Assembly (NCBI GenBank): GCA_965208105.1
Contig: OZ242318.1
Span: forward strand, 1,216,001 to 1,280,000
Length of the DNA stretch: 64,000 bases
Direction of reading: 5' to 3'
Source of the DNA: Candidatus Latescibacterota bacterium
GTDB lineage: Bacteria; Latescibacterota; UBA2968; UBA8231
Translations under genes and position numbers: made by a program
Notes under the pieces: model-generated
Seen by the model: only the letters and a program-made list of their open reading frames with translations
Told to the model about the DNA's origin: nothing
The model's database searches: none
Part shown: in pieces, positions 43,409-53,308 of the stretch
How positions within the stretch are numbered: position 1 is the stretch's first letter
Layout of the letters: every line of letters begins with the position of its first letter

Positions 43409-44148
43409 CCTTCATCGTAGCCGGTCAGGGGGCGGTACCAGATGTTGCGGTAGCGCACCGGGTCGTTGTGGTCCTGCAGCTCCAGGGGCCCCACTTCGGG
43501 ATGGGGCTCGTAGGGCACCACCCGCCTGTTGGCCGTCTGCCCGCTCAACTCCCTGTCGTGATGCACCAGCACCCCGTTGTGAAAAACGGTCACCCGCGCA
43601 GGTCGCGCCACCGCCGAACCCTCGAAGCGCGGTCCGAGCCAGACAATGTCGAAGGTCTGCCATTCCCCGGGTTTGCGGCACGCGTTCACCAGGGGAGGGC
43701 ACAGGCCGTAGATCGCCGCGGCGGCGCCGTCGGCATAGGTGGGGTTGTCGTAGCAATCCAGCACCTGAATCTCGTATATCCCCATGAGAAAGACGCCGCT
43801 GTTGCCCCGTCCCTGACTGTCGCCCTTGACCTCGGCCGGGGCGGCCCATTCCAGGTGCAGCTGGCAGTCTCCGAAGTGCTCCCGGGTGCGGATGGACCCG
43901 GTCCCGGCGGCCACTTCCATGTAGCCGTTCTCCACTTTCCACCGCGCCTCACCGTCCGCACCGGCCCAGTTGGATAGGCTGCTGCCGTCGAAGAGAACCA
44001 CCGCGTCGGAGGGGGCCCCTCCTGGAGAATCCGGAGAGCTCTCCGCGCCGGGACTCACTATGCGCGGCTGAGGCCTGTCCGGATCGTTCACCCGGTAGCT
44101 GGAACCCGGGATCAGGGGAAGATCGTCATCGCGGTTTCGCTGCGTCAT
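43405..44148 (-). CDS. DUF1080 / 3-keto-disaccharide hydrolase family protein
   Basis: VVLFDG, FGDCQLHLEW, GNSGVF, YEIQVLD, GEWQTFDI and LQDH..PVRYRNIW. No signal peptide. Confidence 0.9.
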   Translation of the reverse strand: MTQRNRDDDLPLIPGSSYRVNDPDRPQPRIVSPGAESSPDSPGGAPSDAVVLFDGSSLSNWAGADGEARWKVENGYMEVAAGTGSIRTREHFGDCQLHLEWAAPAEVKGDSQGRGNSGVFLMGIYEIQVLDCYDNPTYADGAAAAIYGLCPPLVNACRKPGEWQTFDIVWLGPRFEGSAVARPARVTVFHNGVLVHHDRELSGQTANRRVVPYEPHPEVGPLELQDHNDPVRYRNIWYRPLTGYDEG

Positions 44149-44222
44149 TTCACAAGCTCCTGTGTTTGGTCGGAAAAATTATCACACTCCTACTCGATTG
44201 CATTCCATTCTCAGCTGCACTC

Positions 44223-46112
44223 CTACCATCTCCGCGCCACCCATCCGATCAATCCGCCGAAAAAAGCTCGGTGGTACTGTCCCCATCCATCCCAGATGAC
44301 GTAGGCGCTCTCCTCCCCCCAGGCCGAACGGGTCGCCACCGCCGCCACCCTTCCCTTCCCGGCCTCGCTCAAGGCCACGGCCGGATGGTTGTCGGCATCG
44401 TTGAAGCGCAGGGTGACCAGGGCTCCCGGCCGGGCAATGGCCGGGGCCCACTGGGCGATCCCCACCGCCGCGTCGGGATCCAGCATGAGCCGCTCGGAGG
44501 TGTGGTGCGGCGTCCCCCGCTGCAGGCCCAGCTCCGGGTCGGCGCGCTGCAGCCGCCCATCTCCCCGGGCCTGCAGGGGAACCAGGTCGTCCAGGGCCGA
44601 CGCCAGCTTGGCAAAGGGGGCGCAGAGCAGCAGCCCCCCTCCAGCTTCCACCCAGCGGCGCAGCTCGCCCGCGCGCCCAAGGGGCCATGCATCGCCCACC
44701 AGGCAGGCGGCCGCACAGCCGCTCAGAGATTCCGGGATCTGCGGCCCCGACCCGGACCAGTCAGCCTCGAAGCCGCACTGCAGGCTGTGGCTGCACAGGT
44801 GCAGATAGTCGACCTCGCCGTCGACCAGCCCGCGGTCGCTGGCCACGAGGACCCGCGCCTTGCCTCCGTCGAAGGGCAAGCGCGCGGTGGGGCATTGAGC
44901 CTTCAGGGGCACTGTTTCCCGGGCCTGCAGGGCAACCTGGCCGCCGTGCTGAAATGAAGCGGAAACCACGGCAAAATCGCCGGCCTCCGGCAGCGCGGCC
45001 GCTGCCCTGAGGGGCGACCCGGGCGCCGCGGCCCCCTCCTCCTCGATCCCCCGGAAAACCGCCCCCGACTGATCCATGACCCGCACCGACAACACACCCC
45101 GGAGCTGGCCGGCGGCGTGCACCCCGACCCGCGCCAGGCCGTCCTCCCTGTCGATGGTCAAACCGCAATTCTCGGCCGCCTTCACGAAGTTTCTGCCCCC
45201 TTCTCCAAGGGTCACGTCGAATCCCCAGACCGCCCTTTCTCCCGCCGGCACCTCGACCTGACAGATTCCCTGGGGAGTGAACGCGCGCCAGGCGTGCCAG
45301 AAAAGACCCCGGAAGGGCTCGAAGCGCCCCCTCAGCAGATAGAACTCCTCCCCGTCCCCCGGCCCAAGCGCGTACCACCAGCCCTCCTCGTCCAGGTCCC
45401 ACGCGATCCTGCCGGCGACATAGGTGTTGATATCGAGGGTGGCGAATATGGGGCTGGCCTCCTTCAGGACGGTGCGCATGCGCGTATCGCCATAGCTGAC
45501 CCAGGCCCGCTTGGGGGCCATGAACCAGGAGGACCGGGGAGGCGCGCCGCTTTGATGGAAGGAGTGAATGTCCCACTCCGACGAGAAATCCTTTCCGCCC
45601 TGGTTCTCCCATGCAATGTCCAGGGCGAACCAAGCGCTGTCTGCGCGGAAGCGGTAGCGCTTCTCGTAGGAAAAGCTGTATTCACCCAGGTCCCTGCCTT
45701 CCTGCCGGAAAATCACCGCCATCTCCGCTCCGCTGTCCTCCTCGCGCCAGGACCACGGCAGCGGCTCCAGCGAGGTCTCCCCGCCTTCTTCACTGAAAAC
45801 CCCCACCCCCATCTTGAGCTCGCGCTTCCCTCCCTCCCCGGGTTCAAGCGGAAAGTGGGCGAAGAGCTCGTCCGGAAGGCCGAAGGGCCGCACGTCCTCC
45901 GGATCGATCATCTCGGGCATGAAGTACTCCCTGCCCGTGGGCTTGTACACCAGCGACTGCAGCCGCCCGCCCCAGGTGAAGCGGCGGCCATAGAATGCCT
46001 CTCCCACCTTCTCCGGAAAGCGCAGCACCATCCGCAGCCAGGTGTTCTCCACCACGACCTCGCGGTCCCCGTCGCCGTCCACATCTTCGAATTGCACAAC
46101 TACGTCCGTCAA
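44223..46112 (-). CDS. Hypothetical protein: beta-sandwich (mutarotase-like) N-terminus plus GATase1-like C-terminus
   Basis: N-terminal EDVDGDGDREVVVEN..LR...GGRL.SL; C-terminal LRRWVEAGGGLL..GKGRVAA. TTG start after AGAGGAGG. Confidence 0.55.
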   Translation of the reverse strand: MTDVVVQFEDVDGDGDREVVVENTWLRMVLRFPEKVGEAFYGRRFTWGGRLQSLVYKPTGREYFMPEMIDPEDVRPFGLPDELFAHFPLEPGEGGKRELKMGVGVFSEEGGETSLEPLPWSWREEDSGAEMAVIFRQEGRDLGEYSFSYEKRYRFRADSAWFALDIAWENQGGKDFSSEWDIHSFHQSGAPPRSSWFMAPKRAWVSYGDTRMRTVLKEASPIFATLDINTYVAGRIAWDLDEEGWWYALGPGDGEEFYLLRGRFEPFRGLFWHAWRAFTPQGICQVEVPAGERAVWGFDVTLGEGGRNFVKAAENCGLTIDREDGLARVGVHAAGQLRGVLSVRVMDQSGAVFRGIEEEGAAAPGSPLRAAAALPEAGDFAVVSASFQHGGQVALQARETVPLKAQCPTARLPFDGGKARVLVASDRGLVDGEVDYLHLCSHSLQCGFEADWSGSGPQIPESLSGCAAACLVGDAWPLGRAGELRRWVEAGGGLLLCAPFAKLASALDDLVPLQARGDGRLQRADPELGLQRGTPHHTSERLMLDPDAAVGIAQWAPAIARPGALVTLRFNDADNHPAVALSEAGKGRVAAVATRSAWGEESAYVIWDGWGQYHRAFFGGLIGWVARRW

Positions 46113-46151
46113 CAGGCCCCCTCCTCTGCCGGGCGCAACTCCTCCCTCATC

Positions 46152-47141
46152 TCAGCCACCTTCCACCAGATCGGCGATGGATATCTGGCCTCCATTCGCT
46201 TGCGTGGACATCACCACGGCCTCCATCATCGCCACCGTCCACAGGTTGTCCTCTCCGCTGGTGCTGGTCCGGCCTCCGGTCCTGATGGCCTCCGCCAGCT
46301 CGTCGAGGAGGGCAAAGTCTCCAGTGGTGGCATCCAGATTCTCCATGGTCCGCCACTGCATGTCCTCGGGGCTGCCGAACTTCAGCCCGTCGCCGTACTG
46401 CAGCGACCCGCCGCTGCCGTCTATGCGCCAGTGGAACTCGGGCACGTGCGATGCCCAGGCGCCGAAGTAGCTCACCCTGACTCCGTTCTCGAATTCGTAG
46501 GCCGCGCTTACCGACGTCTCTCCACTGAAGTCTCCCCAGGGGGGCAGGAAACTCGCTCCGCTGACCTTCAGCGGCCTGGAGCAGAGGGTGAATCGAATCA
46601 GGTCCAGGTCGTGCACCCCCATTTCCCAAAGGTAGTTGTGGGGCATGTGCTGCTGGTAGGTAGCGGCTCCATAGCGCTTGCGATGGCGCACGAAGACCCC
46701 GTGACCCAACTCCCCCAGGCCGCCCTCGGCGACCCTGCGCTGCATGGTCGCCACCTCGGGAATGAAACGGTAGTTCTGCGCCGCCGATACCACCTTCCCC
46801 GCCTTTTCGCCGGCGTCCACTATCGCCCGGGCTTCCGCCAGGGAAAGGGCGAACGGCTTTTCCACCAGGAGGTGCCATCCCGCATCCAGGGCGGCGAGGC
46901 AGGTTTCCTTCCGGGTCCACGATATGGCCGAGTTTATGGCCACGTCCGCCTTCACTGCGGCGGAGGCCTCCTCAACCGTAGAGAAGACCGGCAGATGGGG
47001 GTACTTCTCCGCTGCGATCTCATGCGCCGCCTCCGCCGGATCCACGATCGCCGCCGCTTCAAACCCCTCCCTGTCCGCCACCTTGTCTATCCAGCCCCGT
47101 CCCCTTCCGCCGGCACCGATGAAAACCACTCTCAAGGTCAT
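46152..47141 (-). CDS. Gfo/Idh/MocA family oxidoreductase
   Basis: VFIGAGGRG, LVEKPF, AQNYRF and EMGVHDLD. Confidence 0.9.
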   Translation of the reverse strand: MTLRVVFIGAGGRGRGWIDKVADREGFEAAAIVDPAEAAHEIAAEKYPHLPVFSTVEEASAAVKADVAINSAISWTRKETCLAALDAGWHLLVEKPFALSLAEARAIVDAGEKAGKVVSAAQNYRFIPEVATMQRRVAEGGLGELGHGVFVRHRKRYGAATYQQHMPHNYLWEMGVHDLDLIRFTLCSRPLKVSGASFLPPWGDFSGETSVSAAYEFENGVRVSYFGAWASHVPEFHWRIDGSGGSLQYGDGLKFGSPEDMQWRTMENLDATTGDFALLDELAEAIRTGGRTSTSGEDNLWTVAMMEAVVMSTQANGGQISIADLVEGG

Positions 47142-47150
47142 TGGCTCTCC

Positions 47151-48008
47151 TCAGTCGAGAAATTGTCGAAAATCGCTGACGATTTTCGCTGCCCCGTCCA
47201 TGATCAGGAAACGTTCGTCCGAGGTCTCGAAGAACGCCGCACCCATGCCGGTCCACCGTTTCGCCGCCTCCATGTTTGCGGCGGTGGTGCCGAAGGGGAT
47301 TCCGTGGCTCTTGCACAGCTGCAGGATTTCCTCCATGGGACCGCGCACGTCCGGATGCTCGGCATTGCCGGGCTGGCCCATCTCCACCGAGAAGTCCCCC
47401 GGCCCCACGTAGACCATGTCCACCCCCGGAGTAGTGACGATCTCCTCCGCCTTTTTGTATCCCGCCCTGGTCTCGATCTGCGCGATGACGGTGGACTCGG
47501 CATCCTGCTCCGCCATCCACTCCCGGCGGTCGCCCGCCCTCATGTAGTCGCTGTTGCCGTAGCCTGAAGCAAGCGCCCTGGTGCCGGCGGGAGGAAACTT
47601 CATGTAGCTCAGCAGGGTCTCCACCTCTTCCCTCGACTCGGTTCGCGGCAGCTGAATACCCACCACGCCGCACTCCATGAGCTTGGCCACCTCCGCCCGC
47701 TCGAGCTGCGGGGTCTTGGCAATGACCGGGAGCCCGCTGTCGCGCCCGGACAGCACCGTGTCCGACAGCGCCGGAGGATCGAAATAGGCGTGTTCGTACT
47801 CGATGAAGACGAAATCGAACCCGGCCTGCTGGTAGAACTTCATGATCGAGGGCCGCACGTACTCGGCGACGACCCCGGCCAGCAGGACCTCGCCGGCCTG
47901 CAGGCGGCCCTTCAGTTGCCTCCCTGGCCCTCCCTCAGGATAGAGATGAGCTGACGGCGCACGTCCGGTCAGTGGTCTTGGCACGGAATTTCCTTTCGTT
48001 GAATCCAC
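47151..48008 (-). CDS. HpcH/HpaI class II aldolase family protein
   Basis: GFDFVFIEYEH, KFPPAG.R, AQIET and YVGPGDFS. Confidence 0.88.
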   Translation of the reverse strand: MDSTKGNSVPRPLTGRAPSAHLYPEGGPGRQLKGRLQAGEVLLAGVVAEYVRPSIMKFYQQAGFDFVFIEYEHAYFDPPALSDTVLSGRDSGLPVIAKTPQLERAEVAKLMECGVVGIQLPRTESREEVETLLSYMKFPPAGTRALASGYGNSDYMRAGDRREWMAEQDAESTVIAQIETRAGYKKAEEIVTTPGVDMVYVGPGDFSVEMGQPGNAEHPDVRGPMEEILQLCKSHGIPFGTTAANMEAAKRWTGMGAAFFETSDERFLIMDGAAKIVSDFRQFLD

Positions 48009-49604
48009 TCATAGTGAGAATGAAAAGAGCGTGGCCCTGCACATCTCTATGCGCACGGCCAGGGTATCCGAGAGCCTGGCGACATTGTCCTTCCCTCTCC
48101 ACCTCACCACCTCTTCGATGGCGTCCCCCTGCAGCACATCGCAATCCCCGAAGCTGTATCCCGGGATCGCCTGCAGCGACCCCGACAGGTGGGGCTTGGG
48201 GCCCAGGTGGGTAATCAATTCAGCCTTGATCCAGCCACCCGTCTCGGTCCGGTAGTTGAGCTTGAGCTGGCGCGGCGGCTCGTTGGGGTCCAGCAGCGGC
48301 GGGAAGCGGTCATGGGGAGGAGCCTCGATGCAGTCGGGACAGTCCTCCGGGGCCCGGTAGCGGTCCTGCCGCAGGGTGAAGCGCCCGTAGTCGCGCGCCC
48401 GGATTCCGGCCAGTCGGTCCTTCTCCCACAGGGCCTGGCGCAGGGGCAGGCGCAGCCACTCGGCGTCGTGGGGTTGCTTTCGCGCCGTACCCCAGTACAG
48501 GGCGGCGTAGCCTCCACCTGGCATTTCCAGCAACCCGGGAGCGACGTAGAGCATGGCTCCGTGGCCCGGCCCCTCGGAATAGTTGGAGATCAGCGGGGTC
48601 TCCCGGTCGGGCCGGTTCCAGTTGATCCCGTCGTGGCTTACGGCGAGCTGGATGTCCTTGGTCGCCCTGCTTTGCGAATAGAGTGAGAGAAACATCAGGT
48701 GCAGGTCGTCGCGGCCGGGGTACCGGGTGTAGCCGTGGTTGTAGAACGAGGTGTCCGGGGGGTCCTGCGGGTCGGTGAGGACCATGAGCTGTTCGGGGGT
48801 GAAAGTGCGGAAATCGTCGCTTTCCGAGCGCCCGACGCAGCGCCGCCCCGCCACGTGGAAGCGCAGATAGCCCACGTATTTCCCCAGCTTTTCATCGTAG
48901 AACACCACGTTGTCGCCGTCGACGAACTCTTCGAGCAGGGGCTCCTCCAGGTCGGTCCAGTGGAGTCCGTCCGGCGAGACCGCGCCGGAGAGAAAGGCCT
49001 TGAGCTGCCCCCACCTCCCCTTGTAGTTCTCCTTGAGCGACTCCTGCAGCTGGAGAATGTCCTGCCGCGACGGGTTCCGGGGGCCGCCCATCCCGGCCAC
49101 CGCCTCCTCGTCGACGGGCAGCTTCACCAGGTTGCCCTCGCTGTCGCGCTCGCGCAGGTACATGTCCCCCTCCCCACCCACCGCCTTGAAACGCTCGGAC
49201 GGCGGCGCGGCGGGGTCCTCGAACACGCGATAGTAGTCGCCGACGATATTGTTGCGCTTCGACCCCTCGAACTCCACCGCTCCCAGTTCGGGCTTGGTCC
49301 AGTTGAGCCCGTCGTCGCTCTCCGCCCTGCACAATCCTCCCGGCTCGCCGCGGTAGTAGATGACGTAGCGGCCGTCCTTTCGATAAAACGACCCCACCGC
49401 GCCGATCCCGCCGCGCTCCCAGGGGCGGTCGGGAACCAGGATCGGATCCGACTTGGCGGCCGGCTGCACCTCTATCTCTATGCCGAGGGGGGAGTCCCAG
49501 GATTTCGAGGCCCCGTCCTTGAAGCCCATGTAGCCGGCGTGGACGTACCACCAGTCGAGCAGAGGTCCCGATGTGGGGTGTGAATCGCGCGAGCGATTGG
49601 TCAT
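48009..49604 (-). CDS. Hypothetical glycoside hydrolase-like beta-propeller protein
   Basis: PDRPWE, AESDDGLNWTKPELG, SPDGLHW, SDDFRTF, SHDGINW, and C-terminal IPGYS..DC..L.GD...V.W. Start ATG 49604. Confidence 0.7.
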   Translation of the reverse strand: MTNRSRDSHPTSGPLLDWWYVHAGYMGFKDGASKSWDSPLGIEIEVQPAAKSDPILVPDRPWERGGIGAVGSFYRKDGRYVIYYRGEPGGLCRAESDDGLNWTKPELGAVEFEGSKRNNIVGDYYRVFEDPAAPPSERFKAVGGEGDMYLRERDSEGNLVKLPVDEEAVAGMGGPRNPSRQDILQLQESLKENYKGRWGQLKAFLSGAVSPDGLHWTDLEEPLLEEFVDGDNVVFYDEKLGKYVGYLRFHVAGRRCVGRSESDDFRTFTPEQLMVLTDPQDPPDTSFYNHGYTRYPGRDDLHLMFLSLYSQSRATKDIQLAVSHDGINWNRPDRETPLISNYSEGPGHGAMLYVAPGLLEMPGGGYAALYWGTARKQPHDAEWLRLPLRQALWEKDRLAGIRARDYGRFTLRQDRYRAPEDCPDCIEAPPHDRFPPLLDPNEPPRQLKLNYRTETGGWIKAELITHLGPKPHLSGSLQAIPGYSFGDCDVLQGDAIEEVVRWRGKDNVARLSDTLAVRIEMCRATLFSFSL

Positions 49605-49727
49605 TTCGCCTCCCTCCCCGGCGGGCGGTGGAAACGACGGCGGCCGGGAGAAGCATGAGTTTACCACAATAGGATGGGCCGATCAAGAAGGGGTACCGCG
49701 CGCTGGAACATCCCCCGCCGCGCTCCT

Positions 49728-51170
49728 TCACTCGAACCAGTAGGAGTAGAGGCCGGCCCCCTGCAGATCAAACCGCAGCCTGATCTCCCGCCCCCTCAGC
49801 TCCTCCAGGTCGGCCTGCCCCTCCCAGCGAACCTCGGTCCCGACGCGGTCGCCCTCGATGGGCAGGCACTGCGACGTGGAGAAGCCATCCAGAGGTTCCC
49901 TGGCAGCGTCCAGGATCGCCCCCCGCAGCCGGCCCCCGGATGCATCCACGTTGACGAACAGCCGGCGGCCCTGCGGCCGCATCAGCCGGGTGGTGACACT
50001 GCCTTCTTCCTCCCCCGCCTCGAGGGCGACGAACCCGTCGCGGCGCAGCACGGCCAGGCAGACCGCGCCCTGGTCCGCATCCATGTTCTCGGGCTTGGGG
50101 CTCCAGCCGGAATACTTGAGCCCGTTGTAGTAGAACCACAGCTCGTCGCCGCGGACCACTGCATCGGAGGGAGGCTGGCTCTTGGCCAGATCGGATGCTC
50201 CGCTTCCCATGTATGAGGGAAGAAGGAAGGGCTGGCGTCCTCCCACCCGGTGCCAGTAGCGCAAATCGCGGCTGCAGAGCAGGGGGAAAAAGGTGAAGGC
50301 GTACTGGGGCCTGTCGCCTTCATTGCCGGGACCGAAGCGGTGGAAAAGGGCGGGGATGCCGATGTAGAGAGACTCGTAGCGGAAGATCCCCATGTTGTAG
50401 ACGTCCACGTTGTGCCAGTTCCAGCTGGAGTGGGCGCCGGCCTCCTGGTAGAGGGTGGGATTCTTCATGTACCACTCGATGTGGGCGGGAGCCAGCTCCT
50501 GGTCGAGCTCGTCGGTCTCGAAAGTGAGGACAGACTCGCTCCAGTGCTCGAAATCGGTGCTGGTGGCCAGTCCGACGGAGCGCCCGTAGACACCGCTCAG
50601 CTTGGGGGTGGCGATGTAGAGGTGAGCCGCTTCGTCGAACGACATGTTCCACTCGTCCGCCGATACGAACGGCGTGGCCTCGAACGGCTGCCAGGTCAAC
50701 AGGTCCGGCGATGCGGCCGGTAGCAGGCACTTCCCGGTATGATACAGCGACTTGAAGCGCCGCGCAGGGTTCTCTTCCAGGTCGTCGCGAATGAGGACGT
50801 AAAGGGAGGTTTCGCGGTCTGGAAGCCTGGCGCTGAAGATGTTGCTCCCGTCAGGCCCCATCGCCTTGGGAGACCAGTTCAGGCCGTCCTTGCTCTCCCA
50901 GCAGGTGTTTGTGCGGGTCTCGGCGCTGGTATCCACCACGACGTAGCGCAGCAACTCCTCGTCGGGATCCCAGCTGGGGGCGCTGCGGACCTGGTAGACC
51001 GTGTCCCTGCCCAGTGACTGGCAGTCGGGGCGGATCACCGTACCCTTCTTTTCCGGCTGCTTCATGCCCCGCTTCAGATTGCGGATCTCGACGATGTCCT
51101 CGTCATCCAGAAAGAGCTGTCGCTCCCCTGCGGCCGGCTGCAGGGGCCGCGCCCTCGACTCCTCGTTCAC
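49728..51170 (-). CDS. Hypothetical glycoside hydrolase-like beta-propeller protein
   Basis: RQLFLDD, ESKDGLNW, SPDLLTW, STDFEHW, SRDLRYW, LWFYYNG, LRRDGF and LFVNVDA. GTG start at 51170 after GGGAGGA. Confidence 0.72.
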   Translation of the reverse strand: MNEESRARPLQPAAGERQLFLDDEDIVEIRNLKRGMKQPEKKGTVIRPDCQSLGRDTVYQVRSAPSWDPDEELLRYVVVDTSAETRTNTCWESKDGLNWSPKAMGPDGSNIFSARLPDRETSLYVLIRDDLEENPARRFKSLYHTGKCLLPAASPDLLTWQPFEATPFVSADEWNMSFDEAAHLYIATPKLSGVYGRSVGLATSTDFEHWSESVLTFETDELDQELAPAHIEWYMKNPTLYQEAGAHSSWNWHNVDVYNMGIFRYESLYIGIPALFHRFGPGNEGDRPQYAFTFFPLLCSRDLRYWHRVGGRQPFLLPSYMGSGASDLAKSQPPSDAVVRGDELWFYYNGLKYSGWSPKPENMDADQGAVCLAVLRRDGFVALEAGEEEGSVTTRLMRPQGRRLFVNVDASGGRLRGAILDAAREPLDGFSTSQCLPIEGDRVGTEVRWEGQADLEELRGREIRLRFDLQGAGLYSYWFE

Positions 51171-51268
51171 GGGAATCCTCCCTTCAGATTGTGTCCGTCG
51201 GCCCCGTTGGCGCCGGGGCATCGACGGCCCCGCTGCCCGCACAGGCTCCCGAACCGATCCACAATGGC

Positions 51269-53239
51269 CTAGGCCCCCGACCGCCTCACCCGCCATTCTC
51301 CGGCCGGTCCGGAAATCCTAAGGTAGTCAGTGGAGAGCACCACGGCCACGGGTCCTGAAGCAGCGGTGACACGCCACGAGAGAGTCTCCGCTTCACCTGC
51401 GGCGAGTTGCCACGACTCCCCGGTTTCGGCCTCCGTCCCCACCGAAAACAGGCTCAGGAACCATACCGTGCGGCCTTCGGCCAGGGCGTCGATGAAAGGT
51501 TCGCGCCGTTGGGGCAGGGGGTTGCCCAGGCGGTCGCGGTCCCTGGGGGGAAGATACTGGTGGCGTCCGCAGCCGAGTTCCAGGTCACGGCTGCAGGAGC
51601 TGGCGACGATGGCCTCCAGACCCGCGCCCTTGTGGGCGAAGCCGAACCGGCCTCGGGCATCGATGCGCGGAGCCACGATGGGGTGCCAGCGCAGGCGGAC
51701 CTTCTCCTTGCGCTGCAGGTCGGCCTCGTCGAGCACCGCCACGATGCCGGGCAGCAGGTGCACCACCGTGCGCTGCACCCTCTCCACCCCCTCGTGCAAC
51801 TCGGTGAGGTCGACCCGCCACCAGCCGCCCAGGCCGGAGTCGAAGACGTGGTCGGACAGGTGGGAGCGGCGCAGGGGCTCCGCCTCCCAGAACGGCGGCC
51901 GCCCTCCGATGGTGATCAGGTTGTGGCCGTCACTGCCGAAGTGATAGTAGGGCCGGCGGTCGTCGCCGGGTGGGTAGCTCACCCGGCCCAGGTCGACGAT
52001 GAGGCGCCGGGCGTGGGCGTGAATCTCCACCTGGCCGGCATCGGGATGGGAGTGGATCATGCCACCGTGCCCCGCCTTGCCGAACACCAGGCAAGGGGTG
52101 CTGCGAGGGTCCCAGCTCGTGCGGCTGCTCACCAGTCCGGAGTGGGCGGGGAAGCCGCGGCCGAGAGGCAGGTTGTCCTTCGTCGGGGCCCGGGGCTTCA
52201 GGGTGGGGTCGAACCACAGGAGCTCCCATACGGGAAAGCGGGGAGGATCTCCGTAGGCCAGGTAGAACCACTGCAGCACAGGGTCGCGGCGGGCGGCGGC
52301 CACAGCCGGAAAGAAGGAGGTCACTGCGGGATATTCCGGGCCTCCGTCCCCGAAGGACACCGCGTGTCCCGGCGGTGCGGTGGCGTAGATGCACCAGTAG
52401 CAGTGGGGACCAAGCGCGGCTATCTGCGGCGCCGGACCAGTCTCGCCGCGGTAGTCACGCAGAGCGGAGAAGTAAAGGACGGGCAGGAAGGAAGAGTTGG
52501 CATAGGAGGGGTTCTCGTTGAACTCGCCCTGCGGCCCGTAGAGCCCCAGATAGCGCTGCATGATGGGCAGGGAAATCTCCACCAGCTCTTCGGACTCAGA
52601 TTGGTCCGGTCCCAGAGCCATGGCGCAGATCCCCAGTCCGCCGACGATGCAGGTGGTCCAGTTGCTCAGGCGCTCGATCCACGGAGGCCGCGCCGCCAGG
52701 GCGCGCAGGTAGGGCTGAATGGCACGGCGGTCGATTCCCTCTACAACGCGCCGGCGTTCCGCGGGGGTGAGGTGGGGATTGAGCCAGTTGTAAGCCAGGC
52801 CCAGGTCGCGCGCCAGTTGCCCGGTGCGCAGGTCGGCGTCGAAGTTCAGGCTGCGGCGGTGGTAGAGGTCCTGCCACTCCGGCCACGCCGAAGGGTCGAA
52901 CAGGCATTCCACCTGGGCGAGGGCCGCATCGGCGTAGCGGCGCTCTTCGCCCAGCGCACAGGCCAGGGCAAGCTGGAGGACGCGCTGCCCGGCGGCGTTT
53001 ACCACGATGTACTCGGGATTGCCCTGGCGCAGGTCCTCGGGAGAACGCCCGGGAAGGGGCGTGAAGACGGTTATGGGCTCCTCCTCCAGGGCGGAGTCGG
53101 CGGCCGCGAGAACCCCATCTAACAAATGCCCGGACGCATCCCCCTCATCGGGAGGAACCTCCGACCGGGCAAGGCGGCGCAGCCCGGCGATTTTGTCCGG
53201 TGTGAGCAGGATCCTGCGACGCTGTCCTTCGGCGCCCAT
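51269..53239 (-). CDS. Heparinase II/III-like lyase family protein
   Basis: AYNWL, SNWT..IVGG, G.FNE..SY, FGDG, HSHPDAG and GHN. No signal peptide. Confidence 0.78.
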   Translation of the reverse strand: MGAEGQRRRILLTPDKIAGLRRLARSEVPPDEGDASGHLLDGVLAAADSALEEEPITVFTPLPGRSPEDLRQGNPEYIVVNAAGQRVLQLALACALGEERRYADAALAQVECLFDPSAWPEWQDLYHRRSLNFDADLRTGQLARDLGLAYNWLNPHLTPAERRRVVEGIDRRAIQPYLRALAARPPWIERLSNWTTCIVGGLGICAMALGPDQSESEELVEISLPIMQRYLGLYGPQGEFNENPSYANSSFLPVLYFSALRDYRGETGPAPQIAALGPHCYWCIYATAPPGHAVSFGDGGPEYPAVTSFFPAVAAARRDPVLQWFYLAYGDPPRFPVWELLWFDPTLKPRAPTKDNLPLGRGFPAHSGLVSSRTSWDPRSTPCLVFGKAGHGGMIHSHPDAGQVEIHAHARRLIVDLGRVSYPPGDDRRPYYHFGSDGHNLITIGGRPPFWEAEPLRRSHLSDHVFDSGLGGWWRVDLTELHEGVERVQRTVVHLLPGIVAVLDEADLQRKEKVRLRWHPIVAPRIDARGRFGFAHKGAGLEAIVASSCSRDLELGCGRHQYLPPRDRDRLGNPLPQRREPFIDALAEGRTVWFLSLFSVGTEAETGESWQLAAGEAETLSWRVTAASGPVAVVLSTDYLRISGPAGEWRVRRSGA

Positions 53240-53308
53240 TATCCGAGCCGCGGAATCATCGCGGCCATATCCCGGGTTCGAGCGGCGGACAGGCCGGAGG
53301 TCGTCTGC

